Notes: a model not told the origin generated them from the letters alone. A stretch of 64,000 bases of DNA from a virus (IMGVR_UViG_3300033463_000023:32001-96000); one strand, 5' to 3'; positions 1-9,943 are shown, counted from the first letter of the stretch. Program-made: numbers and translations.

Positions 1-15
1 AACCTGAAGGCCCCG

Positions 16-615
16 GTGCTCAACGAGGCGCGCAACCACATGCTCTGCTGCGTGCAGCTGTTCCTGCAGCTGCCGGAGGAGACGATACGCCCGCCGAAGG
101 ACTCGCGGGCGCTGCTGCGCCAGGCGCTGGCCGCCTCGAGGGACGAGGAGTTCACGCGGTGGATCGACGGCTACCTGAGGGACAGGCGCCACCTCGGCAT
201 ACCCATCGCCAAGCGCGAGCTGGCGTACTCGCTGCTCGACTACTGCGGCACCGTCATCGGCAGGAAGACCCTCACCGCCGCGCTGAAGCGCATCCGCGAG
301 AACCTGCCGGACTACATGCGCTCCAGCGTCTACGTGTGCAACCCGAGGAGGGTGCTGCTGACCCAGACCGACGAGGACAGGGGCTTCCGCCGCTGCGCCG
401 CCTGGGCCCACCAGGAGAACCCCGACGGCACGCTGAAGACGGACGCCGACGGCAACCGCCTGCCGCGCGTGCTCGTCAAGAAGGCGCCCTACCAGGACGT
501 GTTCTACTTCTACCGTAAGGGCACCATACCCCGCCACAAGTACAGCGAGGCCCACGTCGGCGACCCGGACTACGTCCAGCCCGCCCCGGAGAGGGACCCC
601 GAGGCGGACGGATAG
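16..615 (+). CDS. C-terminal part of a larger protein running off the window (possibly replication/primase-helicase related)
   Basis: Frame is open from the window start, with GC3-rich codon usage like neighbouring genes; function not recognisable. Confidence 0.45.
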   Translation: MLNEARNHMLCCVQLFLQLPEETIRPPKDSRALLRQALAASRDEEFTRWIDGYLRDRRHLGIPIAKRELAYSLLDYCGTVIGRKTLTAALKRIRENLPDYMRSSVYVCNPRRVLLTQTDEDRGFRRCAAWAHQENPDGTLKTDADGNRLPRVLVKKAPYQDVFYFYRKGTIPRHKYSEAHVGDPDYVQPAPERDPEADG

Positions 616-741
616 GAACAGACCGCGCGGGGCGCCGCGCATCTTTAATTATCTTTATTTTAGTCATAGGTATTATTAATGGTTTTTTCCCGGCCTCACG
701 CGAGTGCCGCCGGGTTTTGAAAAAAGAGAAAGGGAACGTCA

Positions 742-1152
742 ATGAAAAGGATACAGAAGGTTCAGGTCATCGTCAGGTCGTGCCTCACCGGCGTGGCCGT
801 GTGGGTCTACCGCGGCGCCTCCGAGGAAGCGGCGCGGATCGCCTACTGGCGCGCCTGCCAGAAGGAGCTGGAGCGCGTCAGGCAGTGGCCGGAGACCGTG
901 GAGCGGCGCAGGGCCGCCATCATGCGGGTGCTCGCCGAGGTCACGGAGGGGCTGCCCGTCACCGCGGAGATGCCGCCGGGGAAGCGGCGGTTCGCGAAAT
1001 GCCTGCTGGCGCAGGCGGAGAGGAAGCTGCCCGCCGGGGGCGAGTTCTACGACCACATCATGGAGACGCGCCGGCGGCGCGAGGAGGACCGCCGGATCCG
1101 CCAGGCGATGCGCGAGCGGGAAAAGGAGCGGAATACCGATTATGATAAATAG
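742..1152 (+). CDS. hypothetical protein
   Basis: ATG after an A-rich leader; co-oriented with the operon. Confidence 0.7.
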   Translation: MKRIQKVQVIVRSCLTGVAVWVYRGASEEAARIAYWRACQKELERVRQWPETVERRRAAIMRVLAEVTEGLPVTAEMPPGKRRFAKCLLAQAERKLPAGGEFYDHIMETRRRREEDRRIRQAMREREKERNTDYDK

Positions 1153-1163
1153 GAGACAGTGAC

Positions 1164-1394
1164 ATGGCAAAGAGGAACGACCACGTGACGGCCGACGGCG
1201 TGATAGCGCAGGCCGTGGGATACGAGAACTTCAGGGTGACGCTGGCCAACGGCATGGAGATACTCGCCAGGGTGAGCGGGCAGATGCGCCTGCACCGCAT
1301 CAGGCTCCTGGCGGGCGACAGGGTCAGGGTCGAGATGTCGCCGTACGACCTGACCAGGGGGATGATAACATACAGGTACAAGACGGGGAGGTGA
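1164..1394 (+). CDS. infA: translation initiation factor IF-1 homologue
   Basis: 76 aa; FRVTLANG..ILA..SGQMR...IRLLAGDRVRVEMSPYDLTRG.ITYRYK closely matches the IF-1 consensus. Confidence 0.92.
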   Translation: MAKRNDHVTADGVIAQAVGYENFRVTLANGMEILARVSGQMRLHRIRLLAGDRVRVEMSPYDLTRGMITYRYKTGR

Positions 1395-1398
1395 GGAT

Positions 1399-2712
1399 AT
1401 GACCGACAACGAGACCATACTGTTCTGGCGGTTCCTCGACGACAAGGGGATGAGGAAGAACTACGAGTTCTTCTACGCCAACCACCGCTTCGACGGGCGG
1501 GACGTCGGCGCGTTTCTCGCGCAGGTGCCCGCCGAGGACGCCATCCTGACGGCCTTCGACCTGGCCGCCGCGCCGAACAGCATCTTCGGCCCGAAGTACT
1601 GGCTGACGCTCAACGAGAAGTGGTTCCGCCGGCTGGAGGAGTACCGCGCCGACGGGAAAATGATCGAGGCGGCGACCGTCATCTGCGGCCACTGCGGGCG
1701 CGTGCTGCCCCGCTCGGCGTTCGCCTACACCACGAAGGGGCAGCTGCACAAGCACTGCCGCGAGTGCGAGAGCGGCGCCTGGGACCGCCAGCGCAGGGAG
1801 CAGGAGGAGAAGGCCAGGGAGAAGGAGCGGCAGGAGATGGAGGTGAAGGCGCTCGAGGCGGAGATCGCCGAGAGGAAGGCCAGGCTCGACAGCCTGTCCG
1901 CGGCCGCCGGCGACACGGCGGGGACCGTCCCCGCCGCGGAGCCCGCAGGCACGGACGAAAAGCCCGCCGACGACGCCGCCTCCAGGAGCATCCCGAAGCT
2001 CGGCGAGCACGACGCCACGCTGCACTACAGGCCCGAGACGCGGAAGATCGTCTTCAACGCCGTCCTCTCCGCCTACGTCCATACCGCCGGGCTGACGAAG
2101 TGCTACCTCTCCACCGACCGCGACGGCCGCCAGTTCCTCGTCTTCAACGGCGCCGAGGGCGCGAACGTCACGTGGGTCTCCACGAGGACCTCCCGCCTGG
2201 CGCAGGTCTGCTCCACCGCCCACGTCCGCCAGATCGCCGAGCGCTTCCGCCTGGCCGCCGGGGACATCTACTATCTCCACATAACGAGGAACCTCTCGAA
2301 GACCCCGGACGTCATCAACGTAGAGGTCAAGCAGGTGCACACCCGCGAGGAGTTCGCCGCCATCGCCGCCCGCCGCGAGGAGGAGAAGGCGAAGGGGCGC
2401 CCCGTCCCCGGCGGGGACGTGCCGGAGTACGAGGATCCCGCGGACGCGGCGCCGCTCATCGACTTCAGCGGGGAGGCGGAGCCCGAGGAGCAGCAGCCGG
2501 AGCCGAAGCCGGACGTGCGGATCGTCACGAACGCCGCGCCGGGCCAGTCGCTGATGATACCCCTCTCCGGCAGGAAGCCCGCCGACCTCCTGCAGCAGCT
2601 CGTAGACCGCAACCACCTCACGGAGCGCGACATCGCGAAGTTCCTCTACGACAGGGGATGGAAGCTCCAGCAGCCCGTGGTGGTGAAGACCCACAAGAAA
2701 TTCAAGGCATAG
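1399..2712 (+). CDS. hypothetical protein with CxxC..CxxC zinc finger and coiled coil
   Basis: CGHCG...HCREC followed by an E/K/R-rich helix; tight operon spacing. Confidence 0.75.
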   Translation: MTDNETILFWRFLDDKGMRKNYEFFYANHRFDGRDVGAFLAQVPAEDAILTAFDLAAAPNSIFGPKYWLTLNEKWFRRLEEYRADGKMIEAATVICGHCGRVLPRSAFAYTTKGQLHKHCRECESGAWDRQRREQEEKAREKERQEMEVKALEAEIAERKARLDSLSAAAGDTAGTVPAAEPAGTDEKPADDAASRSIPKLGEHDATLHYRPETRKIVFNAVLSAYVHTAGLTKCYLSTDRDGRQFLVFNGAEGANVTWVSTRTSRLAQVCSTAHVRQIAERFRLAAGDIYYLHITRNLSKTPDVINVEVKQVHTREEFAAIAARREEEKAKGRPVPGGDVPEYEDPADAAPLIDFSGEAEPEEQQPEPKPDVRIVTNAAPGQSLMIPLSGRKPADLLQQLVDRNHLTERDIAKFLYDRGWKLQQPVVVKTHKKFKA

Positions 2713-2715
2713 GAC

Positions 2716-3450
2716 ATGGAAGAGAACAAGGACATACAGCGGCAGCCAGCCGCCGAGACAGCAGACGAGGCGATCCGCGGGACGCTACGCCCGCAGGACG
2801 ACGTGCCGCAGGAGGTCATAGAGCGCTATATGATACGCGACTACCAGAGGATGTACAACACCTGGTGGGAGTACCGCGAGCTGGCGGGCCTGACCGCCAA
2901 CCAGATCGACGGGCGTGCCCGCCAGCTCATCAGGAAGAGAAGGAAGGACGACTACGTCGTCGCCGACCTGCAGCTGAAGCTGGACGGGAAGAGCCGGAAG
3001 ATCACGGAGATGTACGACTGGCTGAAGCAGAGGGACGCGCTGGTCGGCAGCCTGCGGGAGCACTGCGAGAAGCAGCGCGCCTGCATCGCCGCCTGCGAGA
3101 AGACCATCAGGGCGCAGCGCATGCAGATACAGTCGCTGCTCGGCCACATCGGCGGCGGCGGGGAGGGCTACGAGGCGCTCGCCGGCTGCGACTCCTCGTG
3201 GGACACGGAGCGGTGGAAGGAGGCGATGGTGAACGCCAACGCCGTGCAGGTACAGCTCGGCGAGCTGAACGACGACATCATGCAGCAGCCGCTCGACGAG
3301 GGCGTGAGGCAGGCGATCCTCGCCGCCGTCCAGGTCGTCCGCCGCCATGCCCGCCGGGCCTACAACCGCACCGTCCGCATCGCCTCGCCGCTCCTGCGCA
3401 GGGAGTTCGCCGCGGAGGCCCTGCCGGAGGACGGAGACGGAGAAGAATAA
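2716..3450 (+). CDS. hypothetical coiled-coil protein
   Basis: Operon spacing and codon usage. Confidence 0.75.
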   Translation: MEENKDIQRQPAAETADEAIRGTLRPQDDVPQEVIERYMIRDYQRMYNTWWEYRELAGLTANQIDGRARQLIRKRRKDDYVVADLQLKLDGKSRKITEMYDWLKQRDALVGSLREHCEKQRACIAACEKTIRAQRMQIQSLLGHIGGGGEGYEALAGCDSSWDTERWKEAMVNANAVQVQLGELNDDIMQQPLDEGVRQAILAAVQVVRRHARRAYNRTVRIASPLLRREFAAEALPEDGDGEE

Positions 3451-3471
3451 CAACAACAACGAAGGAAGGAT

Positions 3472-4053
3472 ATGGTATTAGGAAGCCACAACTCATGGAG
3501 CTACCTGCCGCCCCGGCGGTGGTGGATGCGACCGATAGCCTTCATGGCGAAATGCCAGAGGGCTGACATACGCACGCAGTACGAGAAGTACGGCGTAAGA
3601 TGCTTCGACCTCCGCGTGAGGTTCGACAAGTACGGCCTGGGCATCGTGGCCCACGGCATCGTGGAGTACTGCTTCACCGCCCCGAAGGTCTACGAGGACC
3701 TGGCATGGCTCGACGGCAAGGGCGACGTCTATGTGAGGGTCATCCACGAGGTGAGGACGGCGAAGCAGTACAAGAACCGGCATCTCGACACGTTCCGTTG
3801 CTTCTGCCAAGACATCGAGGACACATACAAAGGCATCCGCTTCTGGTGCGGCCGTAATCTCTTATGCTGGGGCTACGACTATCACTTCAAGGGCCTGGAG
3901 CCTACCTGCGGGGAGAAATATGCCTCGGTCTGCCCGCCGAGGAAGGTCGACGACTGGTGGCCGTGGCTCTTCGCCTGGAGGAAGAACCGCGACATCCTCG
4001 CCGCCGGCACGAAGAAGGACATCCTGCTGATAGATTTCGTGGACATCAAATAA
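3472..4053 (+). CDS. PI-PLC X-domain-like phosphodiesterase
   Basis: LGSHNS, Q...GVRCFDLRVR and VAHG motifs typical of PI-PLC X-box catalytic His regions. Confidence 0.7.
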   Translation: MVLGSHNSWSYLPPRRWWMRPIAFMAKCQRADIRTQYEKYGVRCFDLRVRFDKYGLGIVAHGIVEYCFTAPKVYEDLAWLDGKGDVYVRVIHEVRTAKQYKNRHLDTFRCFCQDIEDTYKGIRFWCGRNLLCWGYDYHFKGLEPTCGEKYASVCPPRKVDDWWPWLFAWRKNRDILAAGTKKDILLIDFVDIK

Positions 4054-4062
4054 CATACGACT

Positions 4063-4257
4063 ATGGCGACAAGCAACATCTGCAGGGGCGAGCAGTGCCC
4101 CGTGAAGCAGCAGTGCCTCAGGCACAGGCAGTGGGTCAGGACGGTGCAGGGCGGCGAGACCCGCCCGAAGTGCATCGCGAAGTGCCCCGACGGCAAGTGG
4201 TTCACGCGCGACGACAGCCGCGTCCAGCGAGTAACGGCACGCAGGCATGGATCCTAA
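4063..4257 (+). CDS. small Cys-rich hypothetical protein
   Basis: CxGxxCPxKxxCxR motif; operon spacing. Confidence 0.6.
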   Translation: MATSNICRGEQCPVKQQCLRHRQWVRTVQGGETRPKCIAKCPDGKWFTRDDSRVQRVTARRHGS

Positions 4258-5263
4258 GAAGACGTTCCCCGCGCCGCCCGCCTCGTGGAGCGGGCTCTCC
4301 TGGCGGCAGCTCTGCTGCTGCTGGCAGGCGAAGATGCGCTACGGCGGCAACGCCGACGTGGCCAGGGCGGCTGCGCTTCTGGCGCTGCTGGGGCTGGAGG
4401 TCAGGGACCTGGAGCCGGGATCCGGGAGCCGGGAGACTGGCGAGGCCGTCTACACGCTGGCCGACGCCGGCGGCGGCCTCTGGACGGTCACGCCGCGCGA
4501 GCTGTCGCAGGCGGCGAAGGCCGCCCTGCCGTGGTTCGACTTCCCCTACGGCGACCCCGGCGACGAGGCCGTGAGGGACGAGAAGGGGAAGGTGGTGAAG
4601 GAGGCCCGCGACCCCGTTCGCGGGTACGTCAACCCCCACTGGAAGGGCGACGCGATGATGCTCCCGGAGGAGACGGTGAGGGTCGGGCGGCGGAGGTTCG
4701 CCCTGCCGCAGGTCGCCTGTAACAACCTCACGTGGCAGCAGTACAGGAGCCTTCAGGCCATATCCCCGCAGCTCTTCCAGGAGGGGCTGACGGAGGAGCA
4801 GGCGCTTGACCTGCAGGCGCAGTTCCTCTCCCACTCGCTCGTGCCCCGTTCGCTGGCCCTGCTCGACACCAGCGGCAGCTCCGTCCGCCTCCGCCCGCAC
4901 TGGGCGTACACCTACGATGCCGCCCGCGCCGATGGGCTGGCGGGGTTCTGGAAGAGGCAGCTCCGCCGCGACGCGGCCGTGCTCTACCACATCTGCCTGC
5001 AGTGCTACCAGACCGCCCTCACCTACTATGCCGCCGTCTATCCCCTGCTCTTCTCCGACGAGGGTAAGAAGGACACGATGCGCGACGCGCTGCAGGGCGA
5101 GGTGGGCACCATCAACGCCGTGATGAAGTACGCGGGCTACGCCGAGCAGCAGCAGGTCTACGACTCCAACCTCCCGTTCATCCTCGACATCCTGAACACG
5201 ATGGCGAAGGATGCCAAGCAGATAGAGGCGCTGAACGCGAAGATCAGGAATGGGAAGAGATGA
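4247..5263 (+). CDS. hypothetical phage protein (possibly tail-assembly chaperone-like)
   Basis: 338 aa ORF; the SWxxLSWxQL start resembles conserved Bacteroidetes prophage proteins; function speculative. Confidence 0.6.
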   Translation: MDPKKTFPAPPASWSGLSWRQLCCCWQAKMRYGGNADVARAAALLALLGLEVRDLEPGSGSRETGEAVYTLADAGGGLWTVTPRELSQAAKAALPWFDFPYGDPGDEAVRDEKGKVVKEARDPVRGYVNPHWKGDAMMLPEETVRVGRRRFALPQVACNNLTWQQYRSLQAISPQLFQEGLTEEQALDLQAQFLSHSLVPRSLALLDTSGSSVRLRPHWAYTYDAARADGLAGFWKRQLRRDAAVLYHICLQCYQTALTYYAAVYPLLFSDEGKKDTMRDALQGEVGTINAVMKYAGYAEQQQVYDSNLPFILDILNTMAKDAKQIEALNAKIRNGKR

Positions 5264-5270
5264 CGATTCA

Positions 5271-5354
5271 GGTGCGGAAGGCCTGCAGGCGGCGCAGCAG
5301 GCAGGCGGCATCAGGCCGCTTAGGCGAGCGAGGGTTCGAGTCCCTGCCGTACCA
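5271..5354 (+). ncRNA. degenerate tRNA-like element
   Basis: Acceptor stem GGTGCGG/CCGTACC+A, T-arm AGGG-TTCGAGT-CCCT and variable-arm-like CGC-TTAG-GCG; no clean D or anticodon arm. Confidence 0.4.
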
Positions 5355-5687
5355 CTATGCGCGGCGGCGCAGAAATAGCGCAGTCCCCCGGGGCTGCATG
5401 TGAGAGTGACATTATTGAACAACGTTAATTCTACAAACGCCTCGGTCAAGGAGAGGCGGGCGGGTGCAAATCCCGTTTAGGAAGCAACGGTACTGTATCG
5501 CAAACGGGCAATAAACGTCTTGCGGTTTCAGGCGTTCCGGAATAATGCTACGCTATTGACTTATCCTCAAAGGTCACACCGGCGGTGTTCAACGACGAGT
5601 GGACCGGTACTTTGGTAGCCGGAAAGACGGCACCCCTGCGGCCTCACATCCGCAGGTTTTGAAGAGACGACGGTAAAGGAACGAGAT

Positions 5688-5899
5688 ATGACAGAGAAGG
5701 AACGAAACGACAAGGCGTGCCAGGCCTGCGAGGCATTCACGGCACTGACGTTCAGGGAGGCGGTGGCCGGCGGCATCGACACCGGCATCGCCCGCGAGAT
5801 GGCGAAGGTCGTCGGCACGGCACGACGGTCGACTACGAGGCGTGCGCCGTGGACGGCACGAAGATTATGGACGTGTTCGAGACAGGGAAGGAGGGCTGA
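5688..5899 (+). pseudogene. small hypothetical gene frameshifted by a 5-bp duplication
   Basis: GGCAC is duplicated at 5814-5823; removing one copy joins MTEKERND..KVVGT to TVDYEACA..GKEG* (68 aa). Confidence 0.55.
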
Positions 5900-5901
5900 C
5901 C

Positions 5902-6288
5902 ATGGGCGGCAAGGTATCAGGCATCAGCCCGGATTTCCTGGAGTCCCTGACGGGGACCCGTCCGTGCGAGGGCTGCCCGCTCCAGGAGGGCACCGACCTG
6001 GCGGCGAGAGCCGCCGCCGCCGAGCGCGCAGGCATCGGAAGGGCGGTGTGGAAGGACGGCCAGATCACGGAAGCCCAGATCCTGCCGCTACGGCATGACA
6101 GGGTGACGGCCCTCACATACATCCTGGAGAAGGGCCCGCGGGGGCTTTCTATCAAACAGATGTGCCTCTCCCGGGACCTCGACGAGCACAAGGTGAAGGT
6201 CTACCTGCGCAGCCGTCCCGACGAAGGCGCACCGTGGGGCGCCGGCGGCGGATGGGAGCTGAAGTATACGGTGGAGGTGCCATACTAA
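5902..6288 (+). CDS. hypothetical protein
   Basis: ATG 3 nt after the upstream stop, within ORF 5842..6288. Confidence 0.6.
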   Translation: MGGKVSGISPDFLESLTGTRPCEGCPLQEGTDLAARAAAAERAGIGRAVWKDGQITEAQILPLRHDRVTALTYILEKGPRGLSIKQMCLSRDLDEHKVKVYLRSRPDEGAPWGAGGGWELKYTVEVPY

Positions 6289-6477
6289 GCAGGGGCGTCA
6301 AACAGAAAAGGAAACGATAATGGATAAAGACGGAAACAGCGCGATGCTCAGGCAGCTGGAAGGGGCGAGGGATGCATTCCTCGCCTCGCACCCGGACAGG
6401 CTAAGGGGCTATTACGGTCTGTTAAGGAAATACAGAAAGGGAAAGGACGAGAATGAACGAACTTAAAATGTTGTGAT

Positions 6478-6672
6478 ATGGATTATAGATATACAAGAAT
6501 TTGGAGAGTAGAGCATAAACTTGTTGTCGCTAACACAATAGAAGAAGCAATAGAAGTTTACAAAACTTGGGCTGATTCTGTGGATAATGGAATACCAACT
6601 GATATTACTACCATAAAAGCTGTTGGTGATAACCAAATTCCAGAGAACTTCGATGCTTTAATTAAATATTAA
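6478..6672 (+). CDS. hypothetical protein (AT-rich island)
   Basis: Densely packed ORF in the AT-rich block. Confidence 0.65.
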   Translation: MDYRYTRIWRVEHKLVVANTIEEAIEVYKTWADSVDNGIPTDITTIKAVGDNQIPENFDALIKY

Positions 6673-6679
6673 TATAATT

Positions 6680-7354
6680 ATGGATTACAAAGAAAAGTGT
6701 GAAAAGGCTTTAAAAATTGCTCGTAAATTATATAACGAGGCAAAAGCCAATGAATATACATTAGATATGGAAGATTATGAGTCTATCTTCCCCGAACTCA
6801 AAGAGAATGAGGATGAGAGTTGGTTTAAAGAAATAGAACTCATGTGTTTAAATTTCAGTAATGATACTGATTATAGAGAAAAATTTTTCACTTGGCTCAA
6901 AAATATCAAAGACAGAGTACAACCAAAGCAAGAGTGGAGTGAAGAGGATGAAAGAATATTTAGCAATATAAATCTTTATATAAGAAAGGCTGGTAATTAT
7001 CCGCATTTTGATAAAGAAAATATAAAAGAAGCAATAAAATGGCTCAAATCCTTTAAAGACAGAGTTCTGCCACAGCAAAAGCAGGAGTGGAGCGATGAGG
7101 ATAATATTATGGTAGAAAATATCAGAAATAGTTTTGGACTTCATTGCGGTCAAATGACAGAGGCTCTTAAAGAACAGTATGATAAATTTTTTAATAAGGT
7201 CAAATCCCTCCGTCCTAAGTCCAATTGGAAGCCGAGTGATGAGCAGATGAGAATACTTGATTTAGCAATTAGATGTGGAATCAACAGAGGTACTACGGAA
7301 GAAACCACCTTAGTCTCGCTATTCAATGATTTAAAGAAATTAAGAGAGGGGTAA
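6680..7354 (+). CDS. hypothetical protein with internal KDRVxPxQEWSxED repeats
   Basis: Two WLKxxKDRVxP..QEWS.ED units plus WKPSDEQM. Confidence 0.75.
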   Translation: MDYKEKCEKALKIARKLYNEAKANEYTLDMEDYESIFPELKENEDESWFKEIELMCLNFSNDTDYREKFFTWLKNIKDRVQPKQEWSEEDERIFSNINLYIRKAGNYPHFDKENIKEAIKWLKSFKDRVLPQQKQEWSDEDNIMVENIRNSFGLHCGQMTEALKEQYDKFFNKVKSLRPKSNWKPSDEQMRILDLAIRCGINRGTTEETTLVSLFNDLKKLREG

Positions 7355-7356
7355 TC

Positions 7357-7560
7357 ATGGCATTTAAAATTGGTGACATAGTCATGAGAATGGACGGTGA
7401 CAAAAGGCCACATAAGATTGTGGACATAACAGTCCATAACCCTCTTAATCATAATGAGCACACTTTCTTTATGTACCATTATGAGGATGGAGGAAGCGAT
7501 GTAAGCGATTGGAGTTATTTGAAATTGTATGATGGTAAATATAAAAGAATAAAATTATGA
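7357..7560 (+). CDS. hypothetical protein
   Basis: MxFKIGDIV start; operon spacing. Confidence 0.65.
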   Translation: MAFKIGDIVMRMDGDKRPHKIVDITVHNPLNHNEHTFFMYHYEDGGSDVSDWSYLKLYDGKYKRIKL

Positions 7561-7790
7561 GAGTAAACGAAGCACCAGAGAAGATTTATCTGTCGCCAAT
7601 TACTCTTGAAGAAGTAAAAAAAAATGTCATAACAAGACCTACTGATTCAAGAGATATTGAGTACACCCGTACTGATGCCTTTATTGAGAAGGCTTGCGAG
7701 TGGTTAGAACCAGTACTGAAAAATTATGCGGGATATTATGTAGGTGAAGACATCTTAGAAGATTTCAAAGACTATATGAAAGGAGAGTAA
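7557..7790 (+). CDS. hypothetical phage protein (APEKIYL...EYTRTDAFIEKAC type)
   Basis: ATGA overlap with the upstream gene. Confidence 0.7.
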   Translation: MRVNEAPEKIYLSPITLEEVKKNVITRPTDSRDIEYTRTDAFIEKACEWLEPVLKNYAGYYVGEDILEDFKDYMKGE

Positions 7791-7909
7791 GATATGAAAT
7801 GTCCAAACTGTGGTGGTGAACTTAAAGAAACAGAGGGCGTTGCTTATGGTGGCAAACACTCATATTACTGTATAGTATGTGGTTATAAAAAATGGTTATA
7901 TAAACAAGA

Positions 7910-8215
7910 TTGATTATGGAACAGTATATAAAGAAATCCGCTATAATAGCGGAGATAGAGAGATTAAAAAACACAAGTCTTGAATATGGCTATAATACTA
8001 TGCAAAAGGTATTAGCAGATTCTGGTAAAGATATATCTCTTGGACAATTGCAATATTTCCTCGACACACTTGAAGTGAAAGAGGTGGACTTTGAGAAAAA
8101 GAAAATAGAATGGATAGAACAATTATGCAAATACTTTAAAGCAAATTATTTGTATGTTAGTGGGCATGAAAGTTTTATATCCGATTTCCGTAGATATGCA
8201 AAGAATTTAAAATAA
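7910..8215 (+). CDS. hypothetical protein
   Basis: ORF in the AT-rich block; start probably 7916. Confidence 0.65.
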   Translation: MIMEQYIKKSAIIAEIERLKNTSLEYGYNTMQKVLADSGKDISLGQLQYFLDTLEVKEVDFEKKKIEWIEQLCKYFKANYLYVSGHESFISDFRRYAKNLK

Positions 8216-8236
8216 AGCACAGAAAGAAGAATAGTT

Positions 8237-8428
8237 ATGGCACAATTTATTAGGTTATATACTCAAGGCAGACGTGGTGAGATAATGGTCAATGTTGACG
8301 AAATCAGCTCTTGTCACATAGAAGGCGGTTTTAGCTACACAGTCTATATACTTATCCTTAAAAACGGAACAAAGTACAATTTAAATGCGGAATCGTATAA
8401 CAAAGTTACTAACTTAATAGGAGAATAG
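8237..8428 (+). CDS. hypothetical protein
   Basis: ORF in the AT-rich block. Confidence 0.6.
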   Translation: MAQFIRLYTQGRRGEIMVNVDEISSCHIEGGFSYTVYILILKNGTKYNLNAESYNKVTNLIGE

Positions 8429-8429
8429 T

Positions 8430-8942
8430 ATGAAAGACAAGGTAGAATTGATTCGCAAAGAGATTGAAAGGCGAATAAACAAACTTAATAAGCCGTTTTA
8501 TACGCCAGATACTCCTTGCGGTATTGCATTACAGACATATAAAGAAATGCTTTCTTTTATCGACTCCTTGCCCGAAGAGCGACCAGTGCCTATATCTCCT
8601 GCTGATGTCGGGTTTGAAGCGCTTGGTAAAGCATGGGATGAAAAAGCTAGGAGAGAGCTGGAGGATGAAGAATTGAAAAAAGAGATAAAAGTCTTCTTAG
8701 ATAAGACAGGTGCTCCTTTCTATTGGGCTGGGGACGAAGAACAGCTTGAATGGCTTGAGATTATTGCAAAGCATTTTGCTAACTGGAAAAAGCGGCTGAT
8801 GGCGAAGGAGGCTATTAACGGGGAGGTGTTTGATAGCTACGACAAAGATATATGCCAACACCATTTGGAATTGTTAGTTGATATTCCTAAGCAATACAAA
8901 GATGGCGACAAGGTTAAACTGATAATCATTAAGGAGGAATAG
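8430..8942 (+). CDS. hypothetical protein
   Basis: ORF in the AT-rich block ending KDGDKVKLIIIKEE. Confidence 0.7.
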   Translation: MKDKVELIRKEIERRINKLNKPFYTPDTPCGIALQTYKEMLSFIDSLPEERPVPISPADVGFEALGKAWDEKARRELEDEELKKEIKVFLDKTGAPFYWAGDEEQLEWLEIIAKHFANWKKRLMAKEAINGEVFDSYDKDICQHHLELLVDIPKQYKDGDKVKLIIIKEE

Positions 8943-9101
8943 CTATGGCAGCACAGTTTTTTGAAAGGGTCTTAGAGAGGTTCGGCTGGGTAGACTATGT
9001 CTTTCTGGCTTTAATTGCATTCCTTATTGTCTACGGCCTGTATTGGGACAAGGACTATTATTAGGAAGTATTGGGAAGTATTTTGGAAGTAATTGGGAAC
9101 T

Positions 9102-9908
9102 ATGACATTTGAAGAAGTAAAACAAGCGGCACAAGTATTTAACCGCATTAACAGCATTCGCAGCTACGTGACGAAGGAACGCTTCGCAATGGTTGCACAA
9201 ACCCGATTCGGCATTGACGATGAGGACGTGATTGACGTGATGTATGGTATGTTGCACATGACACCGCGAATGGTGTACTACATCGCCAACTTCGGAGAGC
9301 AGGACATGCACGAGCCGAAGCGCATCAAGCATCTGCCAAAGGCTATCGAGATAGCGGAATCTGCCTACTCGATGAAGCCGAGCGACTGGGACGCTGACCA
9401 CGTTCCGCACATCGAGCACAACATCTACAGGCGTGAGGACAAGCGTCGATACTTCTACACCGACAACGACAAACAGCAGACGCTCGATGTCAGCATGTCG
9501 TCACGCGAGGACTTGCTGATCCTGTCGGAACTGCTGCGGCGTGAGGTCAAGATTAACGGCGTGGCTGAACACCTCGGCTATCTGGAAGGCGAACACAACC
9601 GCAACGGGCGTGAGAAGTTCCACTACTTCGAGGGCGACATCTACATGCTCTACGGCGACCCGACCGACCGCGTGTTCTATGACTGGACTCGCGCAAAGGA
9701 TTCTGGCGTTTATGTCGCCACGGAGAAAGGCTGGCGAAAGTTGCTCTACACTCCCACCCGTGGCTATGTCGAGCGCAGTGGTGAGTTGAGCTTCGTCGAT
9801 GACAAGCACTTCTATTCGGACTACATGCTCGAAGCATCGGGCAAAGGATTCCTCTACGTCGGCAACATCCACAACGATATGTCTGTACTATACGAGAGTG
9901 AGCAATAA
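9102..9908 (+). CDS. hypothetical protein
   Basis: ATG at 9102 within ORF 9093..9908. Confidence 0.75.
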   Translation: MTFEEVKQAAQVFNRINSIRSYVTKERFAMVAQTRFGIDDEDVIDVMYGMLHMTPRMVYYIANFGEQDMHEPKRIKHLPKAIEIAESAYSMKPSDWDADHVPHIEHNIYRREDKRRYFYTDNDKQQTLDVSMSSREDLLILSELLRREVKINGVAEHLGYLEGEHNRNGREKFHYFEGDIYMLYGDPTDRVFYDWTRAKDSGVYVATEKGWRKLLYTPTRGYVERSGELSFVDDKHFYSDYMLEASGKGFLYVGNIHNDMSVLYESEQ

Positions 9909-9943
9909 GCGAAACAGATATCGTTTTAACAATAAACTTATAA

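Noticed and set aside
5271-5354. Call as a functional tRNA with an assigned anticodon
   Set aside because: No canonical D or anticodon arm could be folded, the T-stem has a mismatch, and no CCA is encoded after the discriminator
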